DNA from: an uncultured Candidatus Saccharibacteria bacterium
GTDB taxonomy: Bacteria; Patescibacteriota; Dojkabacteria; JAOAGR01
Assembly (NCBI GenBank): GCA_964503755.1
Contig: CAZDBO010000001.1
Location: 13,933-77,932 of the forward strand
Direction of reading: 5' to 3'
DNA length: 64,000 bases
Under the pieces are notes generated by a model. It was not told the origin of the DNA. It searched no databases and saw only the letters and a list, made by a program, of their open reading frames with translations. Shown here piece after piece: positions 29,992-40,783 of this stretch (its first letter is position 1; every line of letters begins with the position of its first letter). A program made the position numbers and the translations under genes.

Positions 29992-32562
29992 TTAGTTATT
30001 ATAAGTTTGACCAGCAAAATTTCTTATTTCATCAATCGTTAATGCTCTATCATAAACTTTGAATTCGTCTAGGAAACCGTTGTAATAAGTATTATTATAT
30101 GGGTTATAACCAATATGGTAATCTTTATTATACAGACTAATAACATCAGTACCTATATTTACAGATTTATTTTCCTGACCATTAATATATATCTTCAGCG
30201 TTCCACTTGACTTGTCATATACAAAGGCAACATGTGTATAGGTATTTAAAGGCAGAGTATAGTCGGCAGTTACTGATCGACTATCTGTATCTCGATCTTT
30301 TTTATATTCAAAACTTATTCTATCGTCATAACCATGTACTGCTATTCGAAATCCACCAAATCTATTGATAAAGTTACCCCATACTGCTTTGCTTGCACTT
30401 CTATCTATACGAACTGGCTGTAGATAAAACATTATTGTAAAGCTGTTTGCAAATATTTGATCATTGTTGGTGAGATCGACAGTAAGATATTGTTGTTTTG
30501 TAGCATCAAATCGTATTCTTTTGTATCTGTTCTGCACAACAGGACTATTAACAGATTTGAAATTAACACTTAAATTACCAGAATTATTAACATTGCGTGA
30601 TATTGATGTATCAAATGGTAAATATATTGCAGGGTTAGAATTGTCGGTTATTATCCTCTCTGTTGGAGTGGGGCGTGTAGTTGATGTTACAGGAGCACTT
30701 GGCATTGGATCCAAAGATGGTGTAGGACTGTTCGTGGTTGTTTGTGTTGGTGTGGATGTAATAGTAGGTAAAATAGTCGTTGTTGTACTTGGTGTTGATG
30801 ATATATTAAATTCGAATGCACCAATATCTGGTAAATTTAGTATTCTTTTTCCTTCTAAGTCTACTTCTATACTATGTCTAATACCTTTATCTATTAAGGG
30901 TGAATTGCTTATAAGTCGATAATTATCATTATTCACATCGACAAATAACGGATCATCTAAAATTGCATTTGGGTCAACATCTCTGATACTGTTTGACCTT
31001 AGTCTTGAAAAATCTTCACGAAAATAAGCATTATTTGAAAAATTTTGTATAGGTCGTGTATGCCCTGAGAACCCAATCGAATTTAGCGCAAATATATTAT
31101 TATAAAATCGATTTGATACTTCAGATCCATAATAAAACTGTATTGATTTGTGATTTTTAACTACGGTATTGTTGAATATTTCATTATTTTTACTGTTTGC
31201 GTGCCCAATATGAAGTCCCGCATTAGTATTTTTATAAACTAAATTATAGTAAAACTTGTTATTATCACTGTATGATGATGATATAAAAAATCCCCTCCTA
31301 TTTTCATATGACATATTGTTATAAAAAACATTGTTGTCAGTCCTACCATATTTGGGTTTTTGTGCTGTTGGTTGTCCACCCCATATATGTAGACCACTAT
31401 TTCTGTGTTTAAATACCACATTTCCTGCTATAACATTGTTAGATGAACTTTGTAGAGGAATACCATCACCTTCACCAAAGTAGTTAGTATTGTTGTTTGA
31501 ATATACAGTATTATTTAATACAAAAGTATCTTGGGTATACCTTATATATATTCCATCACCATTATTAAACACAGTATTATTTTTAATTACACTTCCACGC
31601 ATTGGGATACCTGATGTATAACCCTCCGATAAGATTCCGGGCATTACATTATTGTAAACTCTATTTCCTTCAATAAGATTATAACCAAGATTTGAAAACC
31701 TTTCTTCTCTCACTAACATTCGAATTCCTTCTTGTCCATTATCCCGAATTTCAGAATTTCTTATCGTATTGGATCTTGTGTGTTGTAAATATATTCCACT
31801 ATACCTTGCCTCTGAAGATATAATGTTTTCTATATTTATTTGAGAATTGACACGATTTGGATCATCATTCGTTATCCATATATTATGCTGATTAGCACCG
31901 CGAAAATGTATGTTTCTAATAGTAATATGAGAATTGTTTTTTATATACAGTAAATTATTTATTAGAGATATTTCCAATCTATATTCAGTTATTGGTCTTG
32001 ATAGGTATACATACAAATGTCCGTCTGTATTAGCGACTCTGCTATAGTAATCTTTATAGTAGTCACCATCATTTACTAATGAATTAATATTTTTCTTCTC
32101 TGTACCTTTTTTACCATTTACTATTATGTTGCCGGCAAATGTTTTTATCTTGTATACATTTGCTCTATTTGCAGAAGGTTGCCATTCATTTGCATTTGTA
32201 AGTTTTGTACCATCTATGATTGGTAAATTACCACTACCATATGCGTCTATAACAATTCTATTTCTTTCATTACCAGATCCGTTAATTTTTAATTCTTCTT
32301 TAAAAACAGATCCTCGTTTCAGTAAAACACGGTCACCAGGATTTAAAGTAATTCTTTCTAAATTTTTTAAGGTCTTCCAAGGTCTACTTTCAGAATCACC
32401 ACTATTAGTATCATTACCATTCTGTGAGTCAATATAATAAGTTTTAAAATTAGCACTTGTAAAAGTAAAAAAATTTCCAAATGTAATAAAAAGCATAGCA
32501 ATAATGGACAAAGATGCAAGTAACATTATTGAAAAAACAACTAGCTTTTTATTTTCTAACAT
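29992..32562 (-). CDS. Surface protein: beta-helix (pectin-lyase fold) repeats, Pro/Thr linker, and C-terminal LamG/concanavalin-like domain
   Basis: Signal peptide. Repeats NNTVFNNGDGIYI/NNTVYSNNNTN/AGNVVF. Linker STPSTTTTILPTITSTPTQTTTNSPTPS. C-terminal LDEFKVYDRALTIDEI typical of LamG-type jelly-roll. Confidence 0.65.
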   Translation of the reverse strand: MLENKKLVVFSIMLLASLSIIAMLFITFGNFFTFTSANFKTYYIDSQNGNDTNSGDSESRPWKTLKNLERITLNPGDRVLLKRGSVFKEELKINGSGNERNRIVIDAYGSGNLPIIDGTKLTNANEWQPSANRANVYKIKTFAGNIIVNGKKGTEKKNINSLVNDGDYYKDYYSRVANTDGHLYVYLSRPITEYRLEISLINNLLYIKNNSHITIRNIHFRGANQHNIWITNDDPNRVNSQINIENIISSEARYSGIYLQHTRSNTIRNSEIRDNGQEGIRMLVREERFSNLGYNLIEGNRVYNNVMPGILSEGYTSGIPMRGSVIKNNTVFNNGDGIYIRYTQDTFVLNNTVYSNNNTNYFGEGDGIPLQSSSNNVIAGNVVFKHRNSGLHIWGGQPTAQKPKYGRTDNNVFYNNMSYENRRGFFISSSYSDNNKFYYNLVYKNTNAGLHIGHANSKNNEIFNNTVVKNHKSIQFYYGSEVSNRFYNNIFALNSIGFSGHTRPIQNFSNNAYFREDFSRLRSNSIRDVDPNAILDDPLFVDVNNDNYRLISNSPLIDKGIRHSIEVDLEGKRILNLPDIGAFEFNISSTPSTTTTILPTITSTPTQTTTNSPTPSLDPMPSAPVTSTTRPTPTERIITDNSNPAIYLPFDTSISRNVNNSGNLSVNFKSVNSPVVQNRYKRIRFDATKQQYLTVDLTNNDQIFANSFTIMFYLQPVRIDRSASKAVWGNFINRFGGFRIAVHGYDDRISFEYKKDRDTDSRSVTADYTLPLNTYTHVAFVYDKSSGTLKIYINGQENKSVNIGTDVISLYNKDYHIGYNPYNNTYYNGFLDEFKVYDRALTIDEIRNFAGQTYNN

Positions 32563-32594
32563 ATAATATACAATTGCACAAATTTATATAAATG

Positions 32595-35500
32595 TCAAAT
32601 ACTGGATGTTTCTATATATAATGAATACATTCTTTGTAGCGGACTTACAGATGGATATGTTGGTACAGTGTACAAACGAATTCTACGTGTACTTTTGCTT
32701 GATAAGGGTTCTGTATGGTCATTATAAAGTAGTACATTCTCACTACTATTTTGACCATTAGTATTGTAAGCAATCCAGTACGTAGTGTTTGGTTCTAGTA
32801 CTATGTTTTGTGAAGATAGATCTACTGTTTGCCATTCTTTGTTTTGATCAAGCATCAGACCACGTGTTTTGTATATTATATTTCTTGGGCGATTATTATA
32901 GTTACCGTATATTATTATCTGGTAAACGCGATTATTTCGTAATCTACTTATATTTTTTACTGCTATATTAATTTTATTTATTTTATTTCTGTAATTACCG
33001 TTTGTTATTTTAATGAAAGTCAATCTGTTAGAATTTCCACTATCTAATTTTGTCCCTAAAGAATTATAACCTAATATGGTTTGATTTGGATTGGGTATAT
33101 TTGTAGGTGTTGGTGTGTTTGTGGGTGATGGGGATAAAGTGATAGAAGGAGTCATTGTGATTGTTTGGGTTGGAGTATTAGTTGGAGAGAATGGTGTACT
33201 AGTTGGAATTGGGGAATTTGTAGGAATTGGTGTACTAGTAAAACTTGGTGTTATGGTCATTGTTACAGTTGGAGATATAGAGGGAATAGGATAAGATATA
33301 TATTGTGGTGGAATAGGAAATGGTAATGGCATTCTTAGTCCCATGTCCTGTTCCACAAATAAATAGAAATCATTAAATCTAGTCTTAGGCACTATAAAAT
33401 CATTGTAGTTTACGCTTGAAAATACATTTTGAGGTTGAGTGTATGATGGCGCATTATTTTCATCATATTCTAATTCTAGATGAACATTTATTACATCTGT
33501 ATTCAAGAAAAATTTGATTACATTTTCTCCTCTTACAAGATGATCTTTATTTATGATAATTCCAGTTGAATGAGGCAAATATATATCAGCAATTACCAGC
33601 ATTGCAGGACCATTTATATTATCGTTTGGATTGGGGAAATTGTATCTATTTCCATTTATTTCAATGTAATGATTTGAGCTCCATACATATGTAGAATATC
33701 TGAGAGGATTTATCGTAAACATTAATCGTGCTTGACGCGGTGATCTTATTTCGTCGGGAATGATTATTTTTGACGTTCTATTGCCTTCTTGAATAGGATA
33801 GTTGGGATGTCCTGTAGCTATCTGAGGTATATTTCCGGTTTCACCACCGTCAATATAATTGTGTACTTTACTGTTTTGTCTTGGGCCTGTAAAGCCAAAA
33901 TTATCCCAGTCCAAAAGAGCCATAGTGGGTTTTATTTTTGGACTAACAAACTCAAAATCCTTACCTGTGGTGTAAGAAAATATTTCTGATATAACATGAT
34001 ATTTTGTGATATTGCGTAAGTATTCTGGTGTTGTTGCTGATGCCACTTTAATGCCATTTATAAATAAAACGATTTCTTGCGTTGAAAATTCAATTACCCA
34101 TTGTCTTCGAACGTGAGGATATGTTTGTAATGTAGCATCTGGAAGAGGAATAGGGCTATATTTGTTTGTTCTGATCCAGTTATTTTTGTTAATATCACAC
34201 CACTTTAGATCAACTTTTGTATCGGTCCATCCTTGACAAGTATAGTTTAATCTTAATTTGTATGGATTCCTATTATAATCCCATGCATGAAATGATATTT
34301 CATTAGCAAATTGAGATATTCTAAACATTCTTCCGGGATCGTTTTTGTCACTTTGAAAGAAATCGTTATGACCTACTAAATCAACAGGTATACCGTTTTT
34401 TCTGGCATCTACTGGAACAAGATCTATATACCAAATGTCACGATTTCTTGGTGATCCCGCACTATCCATTGTTATCACTGCTGGATTTGATGTTGTTGCT
34501 CCTGTAGTGTCAAATATAGCTCTAGCACGTGATGCTGATGCTGATCTATCACAGTAAGGTAGATCACTTGTTGTATCAACATAAGATGATCTTGCTCGTA
34601 CTTTGTTGTGAACATGTGTTCTATTTATAAAGTATCCATTTTCTCCAGGATCAGAACATCCTCTGTATGCTGTATTCCATTTTATTTCATCAGGATTACC
34701 ATTTGCTATATTGAAATCATCAAAAAATGCAGTCATTTTTGATTTTAGAAAGTCAATTCTTTCGGAAGTAGGTGTGGCAATTATATAAACCCCGGGAGAA
34801 TAATTTCCATCAGCTACTGCAAATTCACCCTGATAAGTAACACCATCACGTGTAACACTACTCTGTATGCGACCAGTTACACTGTGTACAGAAAATACGT
34901 ATTCTACACCGTTTTCTAATGGTTGAACGTGAACTTGGTTATAAATAGTCTGTATTTGATTTGTAAAAAGTCCTTCAGATCTTTTACCCCATCTGACAAC
35001 GTATCCAATTATGTTATAAGAAGATGCATTAGGAACATAATCCCATTGTAGCGTAACCATTCTATCGTCTGGAAATGCTTTTACATTTGAAGGTACTGGT
35101 ATAGAAGATATTTCTGCTGCACTTGTGAAATTTGTATCAAATCTGTTGAAAAAAATAAGCATAACAAACGCGGATAATATCAATATTCCCACTAAAACCA
35201 ATGATAATAGCTTGTAATTTGAGAATAGTTGAAAAATATTCAATTTGGATTGTATTGACTTTATCGATATGAATATAATTATGATATCAAGGACTAATGA
35301 TAAACTAATAAGAAAAATATTTGATTCCGCAAATTTTATAATGTCCTCAACCGGACTTGGTGGTAACAAATGTTGATCAAGTTTGTATTCTATATAATCT
35401 GATTCTATATTAATGCTAAACTTCGTTTCTTCGTTGTTTTTTAAAATGAAAAAATCGTTATTTCCTTTTTTAACGTTTGTTATATAGATAAAACCATCTT

Positions 35501-35729
35501 CGTTTGTAGTATAGATCTCGTTTTTATATTTAATATTTAAGTTTTGAATCGGATTATTTGATTGATCGAAAAACTGGATAGCTACTTCAGAGAAATCAGC
35601 GTTTTTTTCTAAAAATTCTAAATTATGTTCTGCATTTATGTGAAAATAGTAAAGATTAGTAGAGAATAAACTTAAAAATAATACTACTAGAAATAAAAAC
35701 TTGATTATGGAGATACCAAATCTGGACAT
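32595..35729 (-). CDS. Large surface protein with FN3 domain and Pro/Thr linker
   Basis: FN3-like PVPSNVKAFPDDRMVTLQWDYVPNASSYNIIGYVVRWG. Linker TPIPTNSPIPTSTPFSPTNTPTQTITMTPS. The start is probably the internal Met MSRFGISIIKFLFLVV, since the track start at 35798 overlaps the divergent M32 gene. Confidence 0.6.
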   Translation of the reverse strand: MSRFGISIIKFLFLVVLFLSLFSTNLYYFHINAEHNLEFLEKNADFSEVAIQFFDQSNNPIQNLNIKYKNEIYTTNEDGFIYITNVKKGNNDFFILKNNEETKFSINIESDYIEYKLDQHLLPPSPVEDIIKFAESNIFLISLSLVLDIIIIFISIKSIQSKLNIFQLFSNYKLLSLVLVGILILSAFVMLIFFNRFDTNFTSAAEISSIPVPSNVKAFPDDRMVTLQWDYVPNASSYNIIGYVVRWGKRSEGLFTNQIQTIYNQVHVQPLENGVEYVFSVHSVTGRIQSSVTRDGVTYQGEFAVADGNYSPGVYIIATPTSERIDFLKSKMTAFFDDFNIANGNPDEIKWNTAYRGCSDPGENGYFINRTHVHNKVRARSSYVDTTSDLPYCDRSASASRARAIFDTTGATTSNPAVITMDSAGSPRNRDIWYIDLVPVDARKNGIPVDLVGHNDFFQSDKNDPGRMFRISQFANEISFHAWDYNRNPYKLRLNYTCQGWTDTKVDLKWCDINKNNWIRTNKYSPIPLPDATLQTYPHVRRQWVIEFSTQEIVLFINGIKVASATTPEYLRNITKYHVISEIFSYTTGKDFEFVSPKIKPTMALLDWDNFGFTGPRQNSKVHNYIDGGETGNIPQIATGHPNYPIQEGNRTSKIIIPDEIRSPRQARLMFTINPLRYSTYVWSSNHYIEINGNRYNFPNPNDNINGPAMLVIADIYLPHSTGIIINKDHLVRGENVIKFFLNTDVINVHLELEYDENNAPSYTQPQNVFSSVNYNDFIVPKTRFNDFYLFVEQDMGLRMPLPFPIPPQYISYPIPSISPTVTMTITPSFTSTPIPTNSPIPTSTPFSPTNTPTQTITMTPSITLSPSPTNTPTPTNIPNPNQTILGYNSLGTKLDSGNSNRLTFIKITNGNYRNKINKINIAVKNISRLRNNRVYQIIIYGNYNNRPRNIIYKTRGLMLDQNKEWQTVDLSSQNIVLEPNTTYWIAYNTNGQNSSENVLLYNDHTEPLSSKSTRRIRLYTVPTYPSVSPLQRMYSLYIETSSI

Positions 35730-35771
35730 ACTAGAATTGATTATAACACATTTTTTGATAAATTTGTAAAT

Positions 35772-37277
35772 ATGCAGACACAAAATAAGAAAGTACAAGA
35801 GATTTTATCTTATTATAAAGAGATCAGCTATTTGCAAAAAATTAATTCTGTCCTGGATTATGATCTAAATGTTAGCATGCCTGCAAATGCATCGGATAGT
35901 CGATCTAATCATGCTGCGTATATTGAAGAGCTAATAGTAAGTAAATGGAAAAATCCTAAGTTTAAAGATTTAGTAAATGAAGTTAAAGAATTAAGTCTAA
36001 ATGATAGGGAAAAAACGGTGGTTCGTAATATACAGAGACAGGGGAGATTATATTGGAATGTTCCTGACAAACTCATCATCCAATTAAAAAAAGAGACTTC
36101 TCAAGCTTTTATTAAGTGGTCTGATGCAAAGAAAAAATCTAATTTTAAAGTTTTTTCAGAAAGTCTGGATAAAATAATCAATATACTTGTTGAAATGACA
36201 GATTATTTGGGTTATGAATCAAATAGATATGATGCTCTTTTGGACCAATATGAGCCAGGATTAAACTATGAAATGTTCTCCAATATTGCTCAAAAATTAA
36301 GGACATTTTTGTCAGAACTTGTAACGAAAATAGTGAATTCTAATAAATATTCACAGGTTAACTCCGTTTTATCAGATGAATACTATTTCGATTTAGAAAA
36401 TCAAAATAAATTATCAGAATTTATTGCTTATAAGCTAGGCTATGATTTTGAATCTGGTAGGCTTGATGTATCAGCTCATCCATTTACTTCAAATTTGCAT
36501 AGAACCGATGTAAGAATCACAACAAGGTATGATATAAAAGATTTTAGAGAAAGTTTGACATCTACAATTCATGAGGTAGGTCATGCTCTATATGAGCAAG
36601 GTATAGATCCAGAATTTGATGATACTCCACTAGAAGGTGGGGTTTCTCTAGGTATACATGAGTCACAATCTAGATTTTATGAGAACCAGATAGGCCGAAG
36701 TAAGTATTTTATTAATTATATGATAGATTTAATACACCTAATTTTTCCTAATATTAGGAGTTTCAAAAGTGACCAGATGTATCTATTTTTTAATCAAGTT
36801 AGGCCGTCCTTTATACGTACTGAAGCTGATGAAGTAACTTATAATTTACATATCATTTTGAGGTTTGAAATTGAAGAATTATTAATCAATAGAAAAATAA
36901 AAGTTACAGATTTGCCAGAGGTTTGGAATAATAAGATGAAAGAGTTATTGGGTATAACACCTGAAAATGATAGATTAGGGGTTTTGCAAGATGTACATTG
37001 GTCATATGGTTATATTGGTTATTTCCCAACATATTCGCTTGGTAATTTGTATTCTGCTCAGATAGCAAATCAAATGAGGAGTGAATTAGATTTGGATTAT
37101 CTTATTTCTCGAGGACAATTCGGTGAAATACTACAATGGCTAAGAAAAAATATACATATCCATGGATCACTTTATTATCCAAATGAACTTATAAAAAATA
37201 TAACAGGGGAAGAGTTGAATCCTGATTATTTTATGAAATATATTCAAGAAAAATACACGGAGATATATCAAATCTGA
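35772..37277 (+). CDS. Carboxypeptidase Taq-like metallopeptidase (M32)
   Basis: HEVGHALYEQG HExxH motif and downstream IHESQSRFYEN (the HESQS signature of M32). Confidence 0.8.
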   Translation: MQTQNKKVQEILSYYKEISYLQKINSVLDYDLNVSMPANASDSRSNHAAYIEELIVSKWKNPKFKDLVNEVKELSLNDREKTVVRNIQRQGRLYWNVPDKLIIQLKKETSQAFIKWSDAKKKSNFKVFSESLDKIINILVEMTDYLGYESNRYDALLDQYEPGLNYEMFSNIAQKLRTFLSELVTKIVNSNKYSQVNSVLSDEYYFDLENQNKLSEFIAYKLGYDFESGRLDVSAHPFTSNLHRTDVRITTRYDIKDFRESLTSTIHEVGHALYEQGIDPEFDDTPLEGGVSLGIHESQSRFYENQIGRSKYFINYMIDLIHLIFPNIRSFKSDQMYLFFNQVRPSFIRTEADEVTYNLHIILRFEIEELLINRKIKVTDLPEVWNNKMKELLGITPENDRLGVLQDVHWSYGYIGYFPTYSLGNLYSAQIANQMRSELDLDYLISRGQFGEILQWLRKNIHIHGSLYYPNELIKNITGEELNPDYFMKYIQEKYTEIYQI

Positions 37278-37484
37278 TTGGCAGAGTAAGATTTATACTC
37301 AGAAAGATTTGCAAGAGTAAAGGCTTGTTGGGAGACGCATGTGTTAACCCATGCATTGCAGAGAGTATATTTTTTATACGTATAGTTTTGTAAAAACACT
37401 AAAGTAGTCTCATTATAAAATGTTAGTTTTATTAATATAATGAATTCTATTTTATAAATTTCAATTTTATGTATAATCTAAAAA

Positions 37485-38042
37485 ATGGAAATTAAAAAAC
37501 TTACTTTACCGGGAGCATTTGTTTATTATCCTAAAAAATTTGAAGACAGTAGGGGGTATTTTTTAGAAAGCTTTAATGAAAAACGATTCGAAGAGATTCT
37601 TGGATATAAATTTCATTTTGTACAAGATAATCATTCTTTTTCTTATAAAAATGTTTTACGAGGCTTACATTTTCAAAAGCCTCCTTATGCTCAGGATAAA
37701 TTGGTCCGTGTGATTGGTGGAAGGGTACTTGATGTAATTGTTGATATCAGACATGGATCTCCTACTTATGGAAAATTTGAATATATAGAGTTAAGTGAAA
37801 AAAATGGAGCGGTCCTTTTTGTACCTAAAGGATTTGCCCATGGATTTGTAACATTGAGTGAGAGTGTGCATTTTTTATATAAAGTTTCTGATTATTATCA
37901 TCCAGAGAATGATTGTGGTATCAGATGGAATGATCCAGATCTAAATATCCCATGGCCGGTCGATAATCCTATATTGTCAGAGAAAGATTCAAAATTACCT
38001 TTATTAAAAGATCTAGATAAATATTTCAAATATGAAAATTAA
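37485..38042 (+). CDS. rfbC: dTDP-4-dehydrorhamnose 3,5-epimerase
   Basis: Cupin RmlC motifs RGYFLESF and RGLHFQ...AQDKLVRVIGGRVLDV. Confidence 0.9.
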   Translation: MEIKKLTLPGAFVYYPKKFEDSRGYFLESFNEKRFEEILGYKFHFVQDNHSFSYKNVLRGLHFQKPPYAQDKLVRVIGGRVLDVIVDIRHGSPTYGKFEYIELSEKNGAVLFVPKGFAHGFVTLSESVHFLYKVSDYYHPENDCGIRWNDPDLNIPWPVDNPILSEKDSKLPLLKDLDKYFKYEN

Positions 38043-38889
38043 AAAAATACTCATCATTGGTGCTAATGGTATGCTTGGAAGAGCTATTATTGATATATTG
38101 GGGCTAGAAAATTATGAATTACTTACACCAGAAAAAGCAGTATTAGACATTACCAATAAATCTAGTTTGGATGAATTTTTACAGAAAAATCAGCCAGATC
38201 TAATTATAAATTGCTCAGCATATACCAATGTAAATGAAGCAGAGGATACTGGAAAAGATTTAAATTATTTAATAAACCATATTGGAGCTAAAAATATTGT
38301 TGACTCTACAAATCAATACAAAGTTGATCTAATACACTTTTCTACAGATTATGTATTTGGTGAAAATACGCAAGATGGTTATACAGAAGATGATTTGCCA
38401 CAAACACAATTAAATGAGTATGGACGTGCCAAAAGACTAGGGGAGATAGAGATAGAAAAATCAAAAAATAATTTTTTTATAATTCGTTTATCTTGGCTTT
38501 TTGGACCTGGGAAGAAAAATTTTGTTTCTACAATAGCAGATCTGGCACAAAGAAATAGTCAATTGAATGTAGTAGATGATGAATTTGGAGTGCCGACATA
38601 TACATACGATGTTGCTCAATCATTAGTAAATTTTCTAAATGATATGGATAACTATTCTTCTGGGTATTATCATATGGTAAATGATGGGGTATGTAGTAGA
38701 TTTGAAGAGGCAAAATTTATAATTGATCATATGAAATTAAATTGTGCTGTTAATCCAATAAAACTAAAAGATTATCCAAGAAAAGCAAAAGTGCCTAATT
38801 ATTCAATATTGAAAAATACAAAATTACCAAAACTTAGATCTTGGCAAGAGGTAGTAGCCGAATACATCGATAAATACATTAAAATTTAG
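38032..38889 (+). CDS. rfbD: dTDP-4-dehydrorhamnose reductase
   Basis: N-terminal Rossmann KILIIGANGMLG, RmlD-like length, operon context. Confidence 0.85.
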   Translation: MKIKKILIIGANGMLGRAIIDILGLENYELLTPEKAVLDITNKSSLDEFLQKNQPDLIINCSAYTNVNEAEDTGKDLNYLINHIGAKNIVDSTNQYKVDLIHFSTDYVFGENTQDGYTEDDLPQTQLNEYGRAKRLGEIEIEKSKNNFFIIRLSWLFGPGKKNFVSTIADLAQRNSQLNVVDDEFGVPTYTYDVAQSLVNFLNDMDNYSSGYYHMVNDGVCSRFEEAKFIIDHMKLNCAVNPIKLKDYPRKAKVPNYSILKNTKLPKLRSWQEVVAEYIDKYIKI

Positions 38890-38894
38890 TTATT

Positions 38895-39917
38895 ATGACA
38901 ATCTTAGTTACAGGAGGAGCGGGTTTTATAGGAACAAATTTTGTAAGATATTGGGTTTCTAGATATCCTGATGATAATATTATCGTTTATGACAAACTTA
39001 CCTATGCAGGAAATTTTGAGAATATCAGATATCTAGTCGATTCTAAAAAGATTGAATTTGTAAAAGGTGATATTTGTAACAAAGAACTTTTGGATTATGT
39101 AGTTTCCAAATACAATGTGGATACAATTGTTCATTTTGCAGCAGAAAGCCATGTGGATAGAAGTATTGATACTCCTGGTGATTTTATACAGACCAATATT
39201 GTAGGCACATGGACAATTTTAGAAATTGTACGCAAATATGATTTACGTCTTCATCATATATCTACTGATGAAGTATTTGGAGAGTTACCATTAGATAATC
39301 TTGATATAAAATTTATAGAGACTACACCTTATGATCCAAGATCTCCTTATTCTGCATCAAAGGCATCATCTGATCATTTAGTGAGATCATACATTAATAC
39401 GTACTGTATTAAAGCAACTATTTCAAACTGCTCAAATAATTTTGGACCTTATTGTTTTCCAGAGAAACTAATACCATTAGTTATTACAAGAGCGATCTAT
39501 AATGAAAAAATCCCTGTTTACGGTGATGGAAAACAGAGAAGAGATTGGATCTATGTCGAGGATCATGTAAGAGGTATAGATCTTATCTTGAGATATGGAA
39601 AAATTGGTGAGACCTATTTGTTAGGTGGTGATGGAGAGAGAGAGAATATATGGATTGTAAATAAAATATTGGATATTCTAGATAAACCAAAAGATCTTAT
39701 AGTACATGTCGGCGATAGGAAAGGACATGATAAAAGATATTCGATAGATTTTAGTAAAGCAAAAAATGAACTAGGATTTGAACCGTCAAAAGATATAGAA
39801 AATAGATTAAAACAAACTATAGATTGGTATTTAGATAATCGACATTGGTGGCAAAGATTAAAAGAAAAAGCTGATATAATAGCAAATAAATACTTAAATA
39901 TAGTAAATAAACAATAA
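38895..39917 (+). CDS. rfbB: dTDP-glucose 4,6-dehydratase
   Basis: TGGAGFIG Rossmann, YSASKASSDHL catalytic YxxxK, RmlB length. Confidence 0.9.
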   Translation: MTILVTGGAGFIGTNFVRYWVSRYPDDNIIVYDKLTYAGNFENIRYLVDSKKIEFVKGDICNKELLDYVVSKYNVDTIVHFAAESHVDRSIDTPGDFIQTNIVGTWTILEIVRKYDLRLHHISTDEVFGELPLDNLDIKFIETTPYDPRSPYSASKASSDHLVRSYINTYCIKATISNCSNNFGPYCFPEKLIPLVITRAIYNEKIPVYGDGKQRRDWIYVEDHVRGIDLILRYGKIGETYLLGGDGERENIWIVNKILDILDKPKDLIVHVGDRKGHDKRYSIDFSKAKNELGFEPSKDIENRLKQTIDWYLDNRHWWQRLKEKADIIANKYLNIVNKQ

Positions 39918-39919
39918 TC

Positions 39920-40783
39920 ATGAAAGGTATTATTCTGGCCGCTGGTTCGGGAACAAGACTGTATCCAATAACTTTTGCAATTAGCAAGCAGTTGATGCCA
40001 ATATACGATAAGCCAATGATATATTATCCATTATCTGTACTGATAAAAATGGGTATTCGCGATGTTTTAATAATAACTAATCCAGAATATAAACAACTAT
40101 TTTATAGCTTATTGGGTGATGGAAGTCATCTTGGAATGAATTTTTCTTATAAAGTCCAGGAAAAAGCAAACGGTATAGCTGAGGCATTTATAATAGGTGA
40201 AGATTTTATTGCAGATGATAGTGTAACTTTGATTTTGGGAGACAATATTTTTTATGGATCTACTTTTGAAACAAATTTATATAAAGAACCAACTATACAT
40301 TGTGGGCTTATATTTGGTATACAAGTTGATGATCCAGAAAGGTATGGGGTTGTGGAATTTGATGAGAAAATGAATGTGATTTCTATAGAAGAAAAACCCA
40401 AAAAACCAAAGTCAAAGTATGCTATACCTGGCCTTTATATATTTGACAATCGATGCATAGATTTTGCCAAAAGTATCAAACCAAGTGCTAGGGGAGAGTT
40501 AGAAATTACTGATATACACAACAAATATTTGGCATTAAATCAACTAAAGGTTCAGGTTTTAGACAAAGGTACAGTATGGTTTGATACGGGTACTGTGGAT
40601 TCTATGGTTGATGCTATTGAGTTTGTTCAGGTGATTGAACGTAGAATGGGTATAAAAATAGGTTGTATAGAGGAAGAAGCCTATAAACAAGGTTTTATTG
40701 ATTCAAATCAATTACGTATATTAGCTGAAAAACAGATGAAAAGTGGATATGGTTCTTATCTCTTGAGTCTTATTAATGCATAA
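39920..40783 (+). CDS. rfbA: Glucose-1-phosphate thymidylyltransferase
   Basis: N-terminus MKGIILAAGSGTRLYPIT typical of RmlA. Operon order rfbC-D-B-A. Confidence 0.9.
   Translation: MKGIILAAGSGTRLYPITFAISKQLMPIYDKPMIYYPLSVLIKMGIRDVLIITNPEYKQLFYSLLGDGSHLGMNFSYKVQEKANGIAEAFIIGEDFIADDSVTLILGDNIFYGSTFETNLYKEPTIHCGLIFGIQVDDPERYGVVEFDEKMNVISIEEKPKKPKSKYAIPGLYIFDNRCIDFAKSIKPSARGELEITDIHNKYLALNQLKVQVLDKGTVWFDTGTVDSMVDAIEFVQVIERRMGIKIGCIEEEAYKQGFIDSNQLRILAEKQMKSGYGSYLLSLINA

Noticed and set aside
37280-37380. Possible small ncRNA between the M32 gene and rfbC
   Set aside because: Only a single imperfect palindrome is present and there is no extended conserved-looking structure. It is reported as a regulatory or terminator candidate instead.
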